Source of the DNA: Microcystis aeruginosa NIES-843
Lineage (GTDB): Bacteria > Cyanobacteriota > Cyanobacteriia > Cyanobacteriales > Microcystaceae
Direction: 5' to 3'
NCBI RefSeq assembly: GCF_000010625.1
Contig: NC_010296.1
Span: 4,890,001 to 4,922,000, forward strand
Length of the DNA: 32,000 nt
The notes under the pieces are model-generated. The model saw only the letters and a program-made list of their open reading frames with translations, was not told the origin of the DNA and ran no database searches. Shown in pieces: positions 8,773 through 17,694 of this stretch. A program made the position numbers and the translations under genes. The first letter of the stretch is position 1. Every line of letters starts with the position of its first letter.

Positions 8773-9303
8773 CTAGGGGTGAATATTTTCAATCGAGGTC
8801 AAACTATCTATAGGTGCGCCGACCACTTCTCTGGCTCTTTTCACCGCCGCTTCATCGGGACTATCGTAGAAACAGAGACATTTACTCAAGTCTTCGCAAA
8901 TATATGTACGCTCGAAACTGACTTCAGGCACTTGAGCATAAAGGGGGGTTTTCTCCGCTTTTCGTTGCAGGTAAGTTTCCATCGTTAGCCCCGGAGGTAA
9001 ATTCCACTGTACTAGATAGTTGGCTTTGTCTTTGCGCTCTCGCACAGTGGCTAAGTCCTGCCCAATCAAGCGCATTTCCTTGATTAGTTGCCAACTTAGC
9101 CCAGCGTTTTCTAGTACTTGTTCGAGGGAGGCGCGATCGATCGCTTTGATAATCAGGAATAACCGCCCCTCTGTTTCACCGATTAGGGCTTCGATTAACT
9201 CTCCCTGCGATTTTGATGCGAGTGTGGCAATGCGCTCCAATATCTCGCTCACCTCTTCTTTTGTCCTTTCTTGTCGATCATCCTCTACTAGATATAGAGT
9301 CAT
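8773..9303 (-). CDS. Tandem DUF4242 (SCO4226-like, ferredoxin-fold) protein
   Basis: Both halves fit the DUF4242 pattern as I recall it. Half 1: MTLYLVE...EGRLFLIIKAIDRASLEQVLENAGL. Half 2: YLVQWNLPPGLTMETYL...ERTYICEDLSKCLCFYDSPDEAAVKRAREVVGAPIDSL. It is the first gene of the operon. Confidence 0.6.
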   Translation of the reverse strand: MTLYLVEDDRQERTKEEVSEILERIATLASKSQGELIEALIGETEGRLFLIIKAIDRASLEQVLENAGLSWQLIKEMRLIGQDLATVRERKDKANYLVQWNLPPGLTMETYLQRKAEKTPLYAQVPEVSFERTYICEDLSKCLCFYDSPDEAAVKRAREVVGAPIDSLTSIENIHP

Positions 9304-9847
9304 AATTCATCTAAAATACATTTACAATACATTTGAGTTTACTTTCTTTGAGAAAAAAAAGCAATATTTTCAAGAGCCTGAAAACGAGGTGACACGGGAG
9401 TAGATGGTTCAAGACCGTTTCGCTCAAGTCCAGGCGAGAACCCTTGGCTTGGGTGATATGCGTGACCTTCTGAGGCAGCTGAGACTCACAGTCTGTGTAA
9501 ACTTCGACTGAGTTCTTGTATCTCTGAACTTCCTCCATACATATCTACTACAAGAGCCGAAAACCCTTATCCATCAATGGATACACCCATTAACTTCTCT
9601 TGATGTACCCATGGAATTTGTAATACTTCTGGTTCTTCGGTTTTTGTTATGCAATGGAGGGGGGTTATAAGGGATGAAACCCTTATATATAAAGACATTG
9701 CTTCGATTTTTGCCAATTGTTTTCGATCTAGAACGAGCTAATCAATTAAGTCTCTTGCCAGATAAGGATTTAGTCGATTTATGCCACCCGATCAAACCAT
9801 ACCAAGTAACGAAGAACCATACTTCTTAATAGACCAGAACTCTCTCC

Positions 9848-10702
9848 ATTTGCTAGAATGGTAGTCATGTATATAGAAAAAGTTCCTAACCGTAATTCCC
9901 CCCCGCCGTTCTTCGACCTGATTCTTACCGAGAAGGAGATCAAGTCAAAAAAAGAACCCTGGCCAACCTCTCAAAATTACCCGATGATATTATCGACAAT
10001 TTGAAACTGGCTCTCCAAGGGGCGTTACAATCGAGATAAAAAGAAAGGGAAAACTCAGATAGTTTTTGGCCTACTATGTTAGGCTAAGGCTTGTCCGATA
10101 GCGGTAGAAGTCTTTGAAGGAAACACATCCGATAGTGCCACCTTAGCCAGACAAATTGAGAAAGTCAGAAAAGGTTGGGGGATTGAGAATGTGGTCTGGG
10201 TAAGCGATAGAGGAATTTTAACCAACGTAAAAGAAAATCAATGAATTAGTAAAACCGCTAGAAGGATTAGACTATATTAGGACTTACGCATTGACAGGAT
10301 TGACCAAATATGAGGTATGGGTTTCAGGCATTTTAACGTGATTTTTTGATGACTTTTGAGCGACCGCTATCGTTGGGAAGTTAATCGCCAAAAGTCTGAA
10401 ACGACCGATTTTCATTCATGCACATCATGGTGAATTTGTACAGTGCGTAAGTCCTATATATTACTTTCGGACTTTATTGGAGGACTTGGGGACGATTTCC
10501 TTGAACACAGTAGAATGTACGATTAGAGAGGGAAGTTATCGTTTTGCTAAGATAACTCGACCCACTGAACTGCAACAATCATGCGTTAGATTGATTGGGG
10601 GTTTCCTTAATTTATACCCAGTAACGGGGGAGCAGAAATTCTCTCAATTCCTCCTACAGCACAGGTTATGGCCTTTTGTCAACGGGGAAGTCCAGTTATA
10701 GC
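9848..10702 (+). mobile_element. Internally deleted IS4/IS1634-like element, copy B (same derivative as copy A, carrying a nested MITE)
   Basis: 9848-10277 matches 3890-4319 with 1 mismatch in 430 nt by manual alignment. After the 179-bp insert, 10462-10702 matches 4320-4560 at only about 87 percent. Same orientation as copy A. Confidence 0.7.
10278..10456. mobile_element. 179-bp MITE nested in IS copy B
   Basis: The terminal inverted repeats are TAGGACTTACGCAtTG and CAgTGCGTAAGTCCTA. A 5-bp TATAT is duplicated at 10273-10277 and 10457-10461. Copy A has the uninterrupted site gacTATATtactttcgg at 4312-4328. Confidence 0.8.
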
Positions 10703-11233
10703 GGCTAAACGGGCCAGATAGAAGCTAGTAATAGTTTTAGCATCGATCGATTCTCCCCGTGCGATCGCCGATTCCATTTCCTCAAAACTCATCAAAACCA
10801 CTTCCAGATCTTCATCGACATCTTGAGCGGGGGGCAAGCTTAATTTTTCCAGATCCTGGGCTAGAAAAGCATAGATGTATTCATCGGAATAACCTGGTGC
10901 CAGGGCAAATTTACCCAAAGATTGCCAATTGTGCGCCCGATAGCCCGCTTCTTCCTCTAATTCTCGTTTTACCGTCGTAGCGGGGTCTTCTCCTTCATCG
11001 ATCGTTCCGGCGGGAAATTCCAGAATTCGAGCTTGCAAACTAAATCGATACTGACGTACTAAAACCAATTGACCTTCCTTGGTGATTGGAACTGCTAAAG
11101 CGCCACCCGGATGACGGACACATTCCCATTCTCCCTCGACACCGTTAGGTAAACGCAGTTTCGAGACTTCAAATTGAAAGACGCGACCTTGATAAAAAAG
11201 ACGTTGTTGGAGAAATTGAGGCGGTTCAGACAT
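10679..11233 (-). CDS. NUDIX hydrolase (ADP-ribose pyrophosphatase-like)
   Basis: Nudix box GTIDEGEDPATTVKRELEEEAGY. The last ~8 codons (AITGLPR, stop) lie inside the right end of IS copy B. Confidence 0.85.
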   Translation of the reverse strand: MSEPPQFLQQRLFYQGRVFQFEVSKLRLPNGVEGEWECVRHPGGALAVPITKEGQLVLVRQYRFSLQARILEFPAGTIDEGEDPATTVKRELEEEAGYRAHNWQSLGKFALAPGYSDEYIYAFLAQDLEKLSLPPAQDVDEDLEVVLMSFEEMESAIARGESIDAKTITSFYLARLAAITGLPR

Positions 11234-11394
11234 AGAAAATTTGCAACTAGGACTTTAAGAATTAATATCAACAAATGTTGCTTTTGTCACCGGTGTTAGG
11301 AAGCGGGTAGAATTATCGTCTAACGGCCAAGGAGAGATTCAGGTTATAATGGGAAATGCTGTCTTTACAGGTTAAATCTTTTTCGAGAAACCCC

Positions 11395-11697
11395 ATGGCA
11401 AAAAAATCGATGGTAGAACGCGAGAAAAAACGCGCTCGTCTCAGACAAAAATACGAAGCTAAACGGACGGAACTAAAAGAACAATTCCGTACTGCCGAAG
11501 ATTTTGAAGAAAAACTGGCAATTCACCAAAAATTACAGGAATTACCCCGCAATAGCGCCCCCAGTCGTCACCGCAACCGTTGTTTAACGACCGGCAGACC
11601 GAGAGGATACTATCGCGATTTTGGTTTATCCCGCAACGTTTTACGGGAATGGGCCCACCAAGGTCTTTTACCCGGTGTGGTCAAGTCTAGCTGGTAG
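11395..11697 (+). CDS. rpsN: 30S ribosomal protein S14
   Basis: [24 protein letters not shown]...[41 protein letters not shown] is the canonical long-form S14. The start is the ATG at 11395, inside ORF 11356-11697. Confidence 0.95.
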   Translation: MAKKSMVEREKKRARLRQKYEAKRTELKEQFRTAEDFEEKLAIHQKLQELPRNSAPSRHRNRCLTTGRPRGYYRDFGLSRNVLREWAHQGLLPGVVKSSW

Positions 11698-11727
11698 TCA
11701 GAAACAATATCTAGGGAAAATACCGTG

Positions 11728-11765
11728 ATAGAGGCGTGGTTTTTGCGTCTCTATTGCTGTTTTTA
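11728..11765 (+). terminator. Probable rpsN terminator
   Basis: Sequence ATAGAGGCGtggtttttGCGTCTCTATtgctgttttt. A 9-bp stem (one G-U pair) is followed by a T-rich tail. Confidence 0.55.
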
Positions 11766-11873
11766 TACTAAATCCGTTGAGTATAGTTTACATATCAGAC
11801 AGGCAAAAGGCAAAGGGGAGAATAAATAATCAGTTTTTAATAACTGGATTTAGTATGAGGCAATTTTAGCGAT

Positions 11874-11902
11874 AAAAAAACCCTCGATCGAGCGATCGAG
11901 AG
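11874..11902 (-). terminator. Probable pnp terminator
   Basis: The minus strand reads ctctcgatcgctcgatcgagggttttttt. A GC-rich palindromic stem is followed by T7, about 25 nt after the pnp stop. Confidence 0.6.
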
Positions 11903-11925
11903 TTAACCATGAACAAAAAATTCAC

Positions 11926-14079
11926 CTAGACTACAGTAGCAGCCTTACGGGCAGCGGCGGCCTCATCGGGATGAATACCGAGACGGGTAAGATTGAGACG
12001 ACCTTTACTATCGATCTCCCGTACCTTGACTAACACCTCATCCCCGACGGCCACTTCATCTTCGACCTTACCGACGCGTCCCTCGGCCAATTGGGAAATA
12101 TGGATCATTCCCTCTTTCCCCGGCAAAACTTCCACAAAAGCACCGATTTGGATAATGCGAGTCACGCGACCGAGATAAACCTCACCCTCATTGAGTTTGC
12201 GGGTCATATTGTAAATCAGTCGTTTAGCTTTTTCGGCCTGTTCCCCATCGGTGGAGGAAATGGTGACAGTACCATCGTCATCGATATCGATTTTCGTGCC
12301 GGTCTGTTCAGTAATCCCTTTAACCGTCTTACCACCTGGCCCGATGACTAACCCGATCAGGTCCGGATCGATCTTGATCGTCAATAACCGGGGTGCGTGG
12401 GGAGATAATTCCGTGCGCGGTTTTTCTAGGGTCGCTAACATCTTCTCGAGGATATGTTTGCGGGCCGGTAAAGCTTGTTCGATCGCCTTGGCCACCACTT
12501 CCATGCTTAAACCGGGGATTTTCATATCCATCTGGAGAGCGGTAATGCCAGAATCAGTGCCAGCCACCTTAAAGTCCATATCTCCCAGAAAATCCTCGAT
12601 ACCCTGGATATCGGTCAAAATCCGCACTTCTTCCCCTTCTTTAATTAAACCCATGGCCGCACCGCTAACGGGTTTTTTCAGGGGAACACCGGCATCCATC
12701 AGCGCCAGGGTAGAACCGCACACGGAACCCATGGAGGTGGAACCATTAGAAGAGAGGACTTCCGACACCACCCGCAACACATAGGGAAATTCCTCCTGTG
12801 GGGGAAGGACAGGTACGATCGCCCTTTCCGCTAAAGCACCGTGACCGATTTCTCGACGGCCGGGAGAACGCATGGGACGGGTTTCACCGACGGAAAAGGG
12901 TGGGAAATTGTAGTGATGAAGATAGCGTTTTTCGTCTTCGGGATGGAGATCGTCGCCCAAATCCTGAGCATCACCGGGGGTGCCAAGAGTGGCGATCGAA
13001 AGCACTTGGGTTAAACCGCGATTAAACAAACCGCTACCGTGAACCCGACGGGGTAAAACTCCTACCCGGCAAGAAATCGGCCGTACTTCGTCCAGTTGGC
13101 GACCATCAACCCGCACCCCATCCTCAATAATTTGGGCGCGCATCAGTTTTTTGGTCAGATCCTTAAAGAGATTACCGATTAACTTGGGTTCTTCCAGGGT
13201 TGGAGCTTTTAAGGTATCTTCGTCGGGGAGAGCGGTGATAGTTTCCTTGATCCGATTTTCGATCGCCTCTAATTTCTCATCCCGTTCGGTTTTGCTGAGG
13301 GTAAACTGAGAGAGAATCTGTTTAATTTCCTCTTTAGCTTGTTCTCTCAGGAAATTCTGCACGGTTTCGTTTACTGCCGGCGCTTCTCGGGTCACGAGGG
13401 GAATACCCAACTGATCGATCAATTCCCGTTGAGCGGTGATCAGGTCGCGGACCGCTTCATAACCAAAATCGATCGCCTCAATAATATCCCGTTCTGGTAA
13501 CTGATTAGCTCCCGCTTCGATCATCACCACCCCTTCGGGACTACCGGCCACCACTAGATCCAATTCTCCGTTATGGATTTCCTTGTAGGTGGGATTGATG
13601 ATAAATTCATCCCCCAACAAACCGACGCGCACCGCTGCCATCGGTCCTTGGAAGGGAATACCTGCCAACAAAACCGCCACGGAAGCCCCAGTAACGGCCA
13701 AAACATCCGGGGGGACTTCCTCATCCATTGAGAGGGTCGTAGCGACTACTTGGATATCATCCCGCATCCAATTGGGGAATAGGGGACGCAGGGGGCGATC
13801 GATCAAACGACCGGTCAGAATTGCTTTTTCCGGGGGACGACCTTCACGACGCAAAAATCCTCCCGGGATGCGCCCGGCGGCGTATAATCTTTCTTCGTAA
13901 TCAACGGTCAAGGGCAGGAAATCTACTCCTTCTCTGGCTTTGGCTGTGGTTGCTGTCACTAAAACCGCCGTTTCTCCCGATTGGATCAGAACACTACCGC
14001 CAGCTTGGGGGGCTAAAAGCCCTATTTTTAGTCGAATATCCCTGCCATCAAAGGATATTGACTTGTCAAACTCTTCCAT
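11926..14079 (-). CDS. pnp: Polyribonucleotide nucleotidyltransferase (PNPase)
   Basis: A 717-aa ORF with two RNase PH domains, a KH domain ([12 protein letters not shown]) and an S1 domain ([33 protein letters not shown]). Confidence 0.97.
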   Translation of the reverse strand: MEEFDKSISFDGRDIRLKIGLLAPQAGGSVLIQSGETAVLVTATTAKAREGVDFLPLTVDYEERLYAAGRIPGGFLRREGRPPEKAILTGRLIDRPLRPLFPNWMRDDIQVVATTLSMDEEVPPDVLAVTGASVAVLLAGIPFQGPMAAVRVGLLGDEFIINPTYKEIHNGELDLVVAGSPEGVVMIEAGANQLPERDIIEAIDFGYEAVRDLITAQRELIDQLGIPLVTREAPAVNETVQNFLREQAKEEIKQILSQFTLSKTERDEKLEAIENRIKETITALPDEDTLKAPTLEEPKLIGNLFKDLTKKLMRAQIIEDGVRVDGRQLDEVRPISCRVGVLPRRVHGSGLFNRGLTQVLSIATLGTPGDAQDLGDDLHPEDEKRYLHHYNFPPFSVGETRPMRSPGRREIGHGALAERAIVPVLPPQEEFPYVLRVVSEVLSSNGSTSMGSVCGSTLALMDAGVPLKKPVSGAAMGLIKEGEEVRILTDIQGIEDFLGDMDFKVAGTDSGITALQMDMKIPGLSMEVVAKAIEQALPARKHILEKMLATLEKPRTELSPHAPRLLTIKIDPDLIGLVIGPGGKTVKGITEQTGTKIDIDDDGTVTISSTDGEQAEKAKRLIYNMTRKLNEGEVYLGRVTRIIQIGAFVEVLPGKEGMIHISQLAEGRVGKVEDEVAVGDEVLVKVREIDSKGRLNLTRLGIHPDEAAAARKAATVV

Positions 14080-14165
14080 GTAAAGTTATATTCCTTTCTT
14101 TCACTTTTCTCTGTGCTGTGGCAATCCTAGCATTTTTTGTAGCCCTTTCCAGCAGGTTTAGTATT

Positions 14166-14203
14166 CAGTGATCAGTGATCAGTGATCAGTTATCAGTGAT
14201 CAG
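14166..14203. repeat. CAGTGAT/CAGTTAT heptamer array (reverse complement of the CTGATMA family)
   Basis: Reads cagtgat cagtgat cagtgat cagttat cagtgat cag. It lies 87 nt upstream of the pnp start. Confidence 0.9.
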
Positions 14204-14262
14204 AGTTGAGTTTTCAGTTCGCTGATTACTCTTTACCGTTTACTGATCACAGCAAAAAAGCT

Positions 14263-14393
14263 CCCCACTTCCCCACTTCCCCAATCCCCCACTTCCCCAC
14301 TTCCCCAATCCCCCACTTCCCCAATCCCCCACTTCCCCAATCCCCCACTTCCCCAATCCCCCACTTCCCACTTCCCACTTCCCTGCTCCCTGC
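14263..14393. repeat. C4-tract array mixing CCCCACTT and CCCCAAT(C) units
   Basis: About 130 bp of ccccacttccccacttccccaatcccccactt... in the pnp/prfA divergent intergenic region. It generates the artefactual ORF 14206-14538. Confidence 0.9.
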
Positions 14394-14706
14394 TTTTAAA
14401 CAGGATTTAACATTACTTGCTCAAACCGGCCAAAAAATGATAGTTTCAGATATAGGAATAATCTGGTTAAGAAAAAAATGTCTTCCCTTGCCGCTTGCTG
14501 GCCCAAAAATATTTCTAAGTATTAGCAAAACTGACTGACTGTCAGCAGTTGGGCGGGATTTTTCCAGGCTCGAAGAACCCCAAACCAAGAAAATTAAGAC
14601 AATTAAAAGGATTGCGTCTCTATTATCTGTTAGACGCTTCTAATCCAGTGAATTTGCGGGTTATATTCCAATTAACCCCGTTTAACCCTATTTGTGGCTA
14701 TCGATT

Positions 14707-15807
14707 ATGGCTGAAAGTTATTTACTAGACAAACTGCAATCTGTAGAACAGACCTACAAAGAATTAACCCGTCGTCTAGCGGATCCCGATGTCACCGGTA
14801 ATCCGGGTGAATTGCATCGTCTGGCCAAATCCCGCGCTTCCCTAGAGGAAACGGTCAACACTTACGAAATTTGGCAAAAAAGTCAAGAGGATTTAATCGG
14901 TGCGAAACAAATCTTCAAAGAATCCGCCAGCGATCCCGAATTAAGGGAAATGGCCGCCCTAGAAGTGGCAGAATTAGAGGAAAAAATCGCCACTTTGGAA
15001 GACCAATTAACAATTCTGCTGCTGCCCCGGGATCCCCTCGATGAAAAGAATATCATGCTAGAAATTCGCGCTGGGACCGGAGGTGATGAGGCCAGTATTT
15101 GGGCGGGGGATTTAGTTCGCTTGTACTCAAAATATGCCGAAACTCAAAACTGGAAAGTTAGCCTTTTGAGTGAATCTCAGGCGGATATGGGAGGATTTAA
15201 AGAGGCAATTTTAGAGATTAAAGGCGATAACGTCTATAGTAAGCTGAAATTTGAGGCGGGAGTCCATCGGGTGCAGCGGGTTCCTCTGACGGAAGCCAGT
15301 GGTCGCGTCCACACTTCTACCGCTACCGTGGCGATTATGCCAGAAGTGGACGATGTGGAAGTGCATATCGATCCCAAGGATATTGAGTTAACCACGGCTA
15401 GATCCGGGGGTGCAGGCGGTCAAAATGTCAATAAAGTGGAAACTGCCGTCGATTTAATCCATAAACCCACGGGAATCCGAGTTTTTTGTACCGAGGAGCG
15501 ATCGCAATTGCAAAACCGGGAACGGGCCATGCAGATTCTCCGGGCGAAACTGTACGATATGAAGTTACAGGAACAACAGGAAGCGGTCAGTTCCATGCGA
15601 CGCTCTCAGGTGGGAACTGGTTCGCGTTCGGAAAAAATTCGCACCTATAACTATAAGGATAATCGTCTCACCGATCATCGCTTAAATCAGAATTTTTCCC
15701 TCGATCGCATTTTAGACGGCGATATCGAAGAGGTGATCCAATCCTGTATCGCCAAGGATCAACAGGAAAAACTGGCAGAATTAGCCGCTGCCCAAGAGAC
15801 AGCTTAA
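14707..15807 (+). CDS. prfA: Peptide chain release factor 1
   Basis: GGQ motif [18 protein letters not shown]1-type PxT tripeptide in [17 protein letters not shown]. The start is the ATG at 14707 ([10 protein letters not shown]), within ORF 14692-15807. Confidence 0.95.
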   Translation: MAESYLLDKLQSVEQTYKELTRRLADPDVTGNPGELHRLAKSRASLEETVNTYEIWQKSQEDLIGAKQIFKESASDPELREMAALEVAELEEKIATLEDQLTILLLPRDPLDEKNIMLEIRAGTGGDEASIWAGDLVRLYSKYAETQNWKVSLLSESQADMGGFKEAILEIKGDNVYSKLKFEAGVHRVQRVPLTEASGRVHTSTATVAIMPEVDDVEVHIDPKDIELTTARSGGAGGQNVNKVETAVDLIHKPTGIRVFCTEERSQLQNRERAMQILRAKLYDMKLQEQQEAVSSMRRSQVGTGSRSEKIRTYNYKDNRLTDHRLNQNFSLDRILDGDIEEVIQSCIAKDQQEKLAELAAAQETA

Positions 15808-15931
15808 TCAGGACAAGGGAGACTCCGAGACTCCTGGATTATTTTTATTTATGCTCCCCCCGCTCTCTTCTCCCTTCTCCCCAACCCGCAACCGTAGCTT
15901 GACGGTGGGAGTGTGTCAATTGCTATCTCAA

Positions 15932-15989
15932 GGTCGCGAGAGGACTCCCGTTAAACCGCGTAGCGGTTAACGGGAGATGAATCGCGACC
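15932..15989 (+). other. Left-end compound hairpin of E1
   Basis: Sequence GGTCGCGA gagga CTCCCGTTAAACCGC gta GCGGTTAACGGGAG atgaa TCGCGACC. Two nested stems are read directly from the sequence. Confidence 0.7.
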
Positions 15990-15998
15990 AGAATGAAA

Positions 15999-16429
15999 CT
16001 AACGCGGTAGGGTTTCCACTTTCGGGGAGTTTTGGTTCTCGACGTATTTTTTTAGTTGTTCGACAGTAACACCTCCACAACTAGCCACGAAATAACCTCC
16101 CGTCCAAAAATAAGGTTTATTGTCGAAATACTTTGCCGCCAAATCCAGAAATTCCTTTCTAATTAATGGGACTACTAACTGTTTTAAGGTTAGCGATTAA
16201 TTTGGATAAAGCGATGTCAGGTTTGTCATCGATAATCCGGTGAACGTAATCCGATTCACCGTTGAAATCAAGCAACACGCTTTCCCATTTTGTGACGTTG
16301 ACACAAAAATTTCTTGAAGTCGGGCTAAGATTTCATTGTTAATAGCAATGGTCGGTATTTGATGACGAATACGACCTGAGCGGTAAGTCTATAAACAGAG
16401 CAAAATTCATGATTGTAATCAGTTGACAT
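15999..16429 (-). pseudogene. tnpA: IS200/IS605 Y1 transposase TnpA, frameshifted
   Basis: My translation needs three frames. Frame 1: MSTDYNHEFCSVYRLTAQVVFVIKYR. Frame 2: IAINNEILARLQEIFVSTSQKWESVLLDFNGESDYVHRIIDDKPDIALSKLIANLKTVSS. Frame 3: LIRKEFLDLAAKYFDNKPYFWTGGYFVASCGGVTVEQLKKYVENQ. The 431-nt span is not a multiple of 3. The expected HUH motif reads YVH. Confidence 0.8.
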
Positions 16430-16451
16430 ATTAGGCGGTAAGTGTTATAAT
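16423..16451 (+). promoter_or_regulatory. Consensus sigma70-type promoter for tnpB (E1)
   Basis: TTGACA (16423-16428), a 17-nt spacer, then TATAAT (16446-16451). The -35 box overlaps the tnpA start codon on the other strand. Confidence 0.6.
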
Positions 16452-16455
16452 CTAG

Positions 16456-17694
16456 TTGTACATCACGAAACGAACGACAGTGATAACGCTTACCTACCAG
16501 TACAAACTAAAGGTAAACAGACAACAGGAACGGGAGATCATCCACATTCTTGATGTTGCCAAAAGCGTTTACAATTACGCGCTGGCGGAGCGAAAAGATT
16601 GGTTGAACTCTCGAAAGTGTCTTGCGGATCGTTGTTCGTTAGTTTCCGAGTACATAATTCCTGCGGATGAACCCTATCCTAATTACTTCGTTCAAGCTAA
16701 AAATCTAACGGAAGCTAAAAAAGTTTACCCGATATTAAAGACGGTTAACGCTCAAGTTTTACAGCAAGTCTTAAAAACTTTAGATAAGGCGTTTAACCAG
16801 ATGAAGTCGAAAGGCTTCGGCTTTCCTAGATTCAAAAAAAAGATGCGAAGTTTTATTTTTCCTGCGCTGTCAAAAAACTTTCTAGGGGATGGATGTTTGA
16901 ATTTTCCACAATTAGGAAAAATTAGCATACGGCCATCTAGAGAATACCCGTCTGGGTTCGAGCCTAAACAAGCTCGAATTATCCAAAAAGCGTCGGGATT
17001 TTACGTTTCGGTTTCCTTCCAATCTACGGAATTAGTTCCCGATATGACAGTAGGGAAGACCTGTTTAGGAATTGACGCGGGAATTGAAAGTTTTGTCGCT
17101 ACTTCACGGGAAGATTTAATCAAAGCCCCTCGATTTTTGTTGAAAGTACAGAGTAAGCTTAAATTGCTACAAAGACGCTTGAAACATCAAGTCAAAGGCT
17201 CGAACAATTGGTTAAAACTCCAAGAGAAGATAGCAAGATTACACGAGAAAGTGTCTAATACTCGTAGAGATTGGCATTTTAAGTTAGCTCATTACCTTGG
17301 CGATTTTGCTGATAATATCTTCGTTGAGGATATTAACTTCGTTTCCTGGTCTAGAGGAATCGTTAGAAAACAATCTCTAGATTCGGGTATCGGTAGTTTT
17401 ATTAACGAGATACTACCGTTTGTTGTTTGGAAACGGGGAAAATATTATCTTAAAGTCGATAAAAACGGAACTTCCCAGGATTGTCCGAATTGTGGCGCGA
17501 TTACCGGCAAAAAGTCCTTATCGGAAAGAGTCCACCGGTGTGATTCTTGCGGTAACATCGAACCAAGAGACACGGCATCAGCGAAGGTAATCGAGAACCG
17601 AGGAAAAAATGCGGTCGGACTGACCGTGTTAGAAAACGCTCGCGGAGGCGATCTGACGGGGATCGACCGGGTTAAACCAGGTCGATCTAGTTAA
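16456..17694 (+). CDS. tnpB: TnpB (IS605 OrfB) RNA-guided nuclease family protein, E1
   Basis: RuvC contexts CLGIDAGIES, IFVEDINF and PRDTASAKVI. Zinc finger CPNCG...CDSCG. The likely start is GTG 16480 (VITLTYQYKLKV), given the promoter position. Confidence 0.9.
   Translation: MYITKRTTVITLTYQYKLKVNRQQEREIIHILDVAKSVYNYALAERKDWLNSRKCLADRCSLVSEYIIPADEPYPNYFVQAKNLTEAKKVYPILKTVNAQVLQQVLKTLDKAFNQMKSKGFGFPRFKKKMRSFIFPALSKNFLGDGCLNFPQLGKISIRPSREYPSGFEPKQARIIQKASGFYVSVSFQSTELVPDMTVGKTCLGIDAGIESFVATSREDLIKAPRFLLKVQSKLKLLQRRLKHQVKGSNNWLKLQEKIARLHEKVSNTRRDWHFKLAHYLGDFADNIFVEDINFVSWSRGIVRKQSLDSGIGSFINEILPFVVWKRGKYYLKVDKNGTSQDCPNCGAITGKKSLSERVHRCDSCGNIEPRDTASAKVIENRGKNAVGLTVLENARGGDLTGIDRVKPGRSS

Noticed and set aside
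9020-9403. 127-aa plus-strand ORF, and the 75-aa ORF 9311-9538 (-)
   Set aside because: The first is antisense to the DUF4242 gene. The second lies in the leader region with no SD or recognisable family.
9400-9420. tRNA-like T-loop GGTTCAAGACC (also GGGTTCGAGCC at about 16966)
   Set aside because: The flanking bases cannot form a T-stem or acceptor stem. The second site is inside the tnpB coding frame.
9380-9470. Guanidine-I (ykkC) riboswitch upstream of a NitT/TauT transporter
   Set aside because: AAGGGUUCUCGCC and GGACUUGAGCG vaguely recall the ykkC core. However, the ACACGG-GGGA 3' element occurs only as its complement on the operon strand, so the order and orientation do not fit.
12251-12784. 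177-aa plus-strand ORF, with several others between 11993 and 14171
   Set aside because: They are antisense shadows inside pnp, and the PNPase reading frame is unambiguous.
14206-14538. 110-aa ORF rich in HFPTSPIP repeats
   Set aside because: It is a translation artefact of the CCCCACTT/CCCCAAT tandem array. It has no start context and the periodicity is that of the DNA repeat.
15826-15850. prfA terminator at gagactccgagactcc followed by ttatttttattt
   Set aside because: The sequence is mainly a direct repeat. Only a 4-bp stem (GGAG/CUCC) can form, which is too weak to call.
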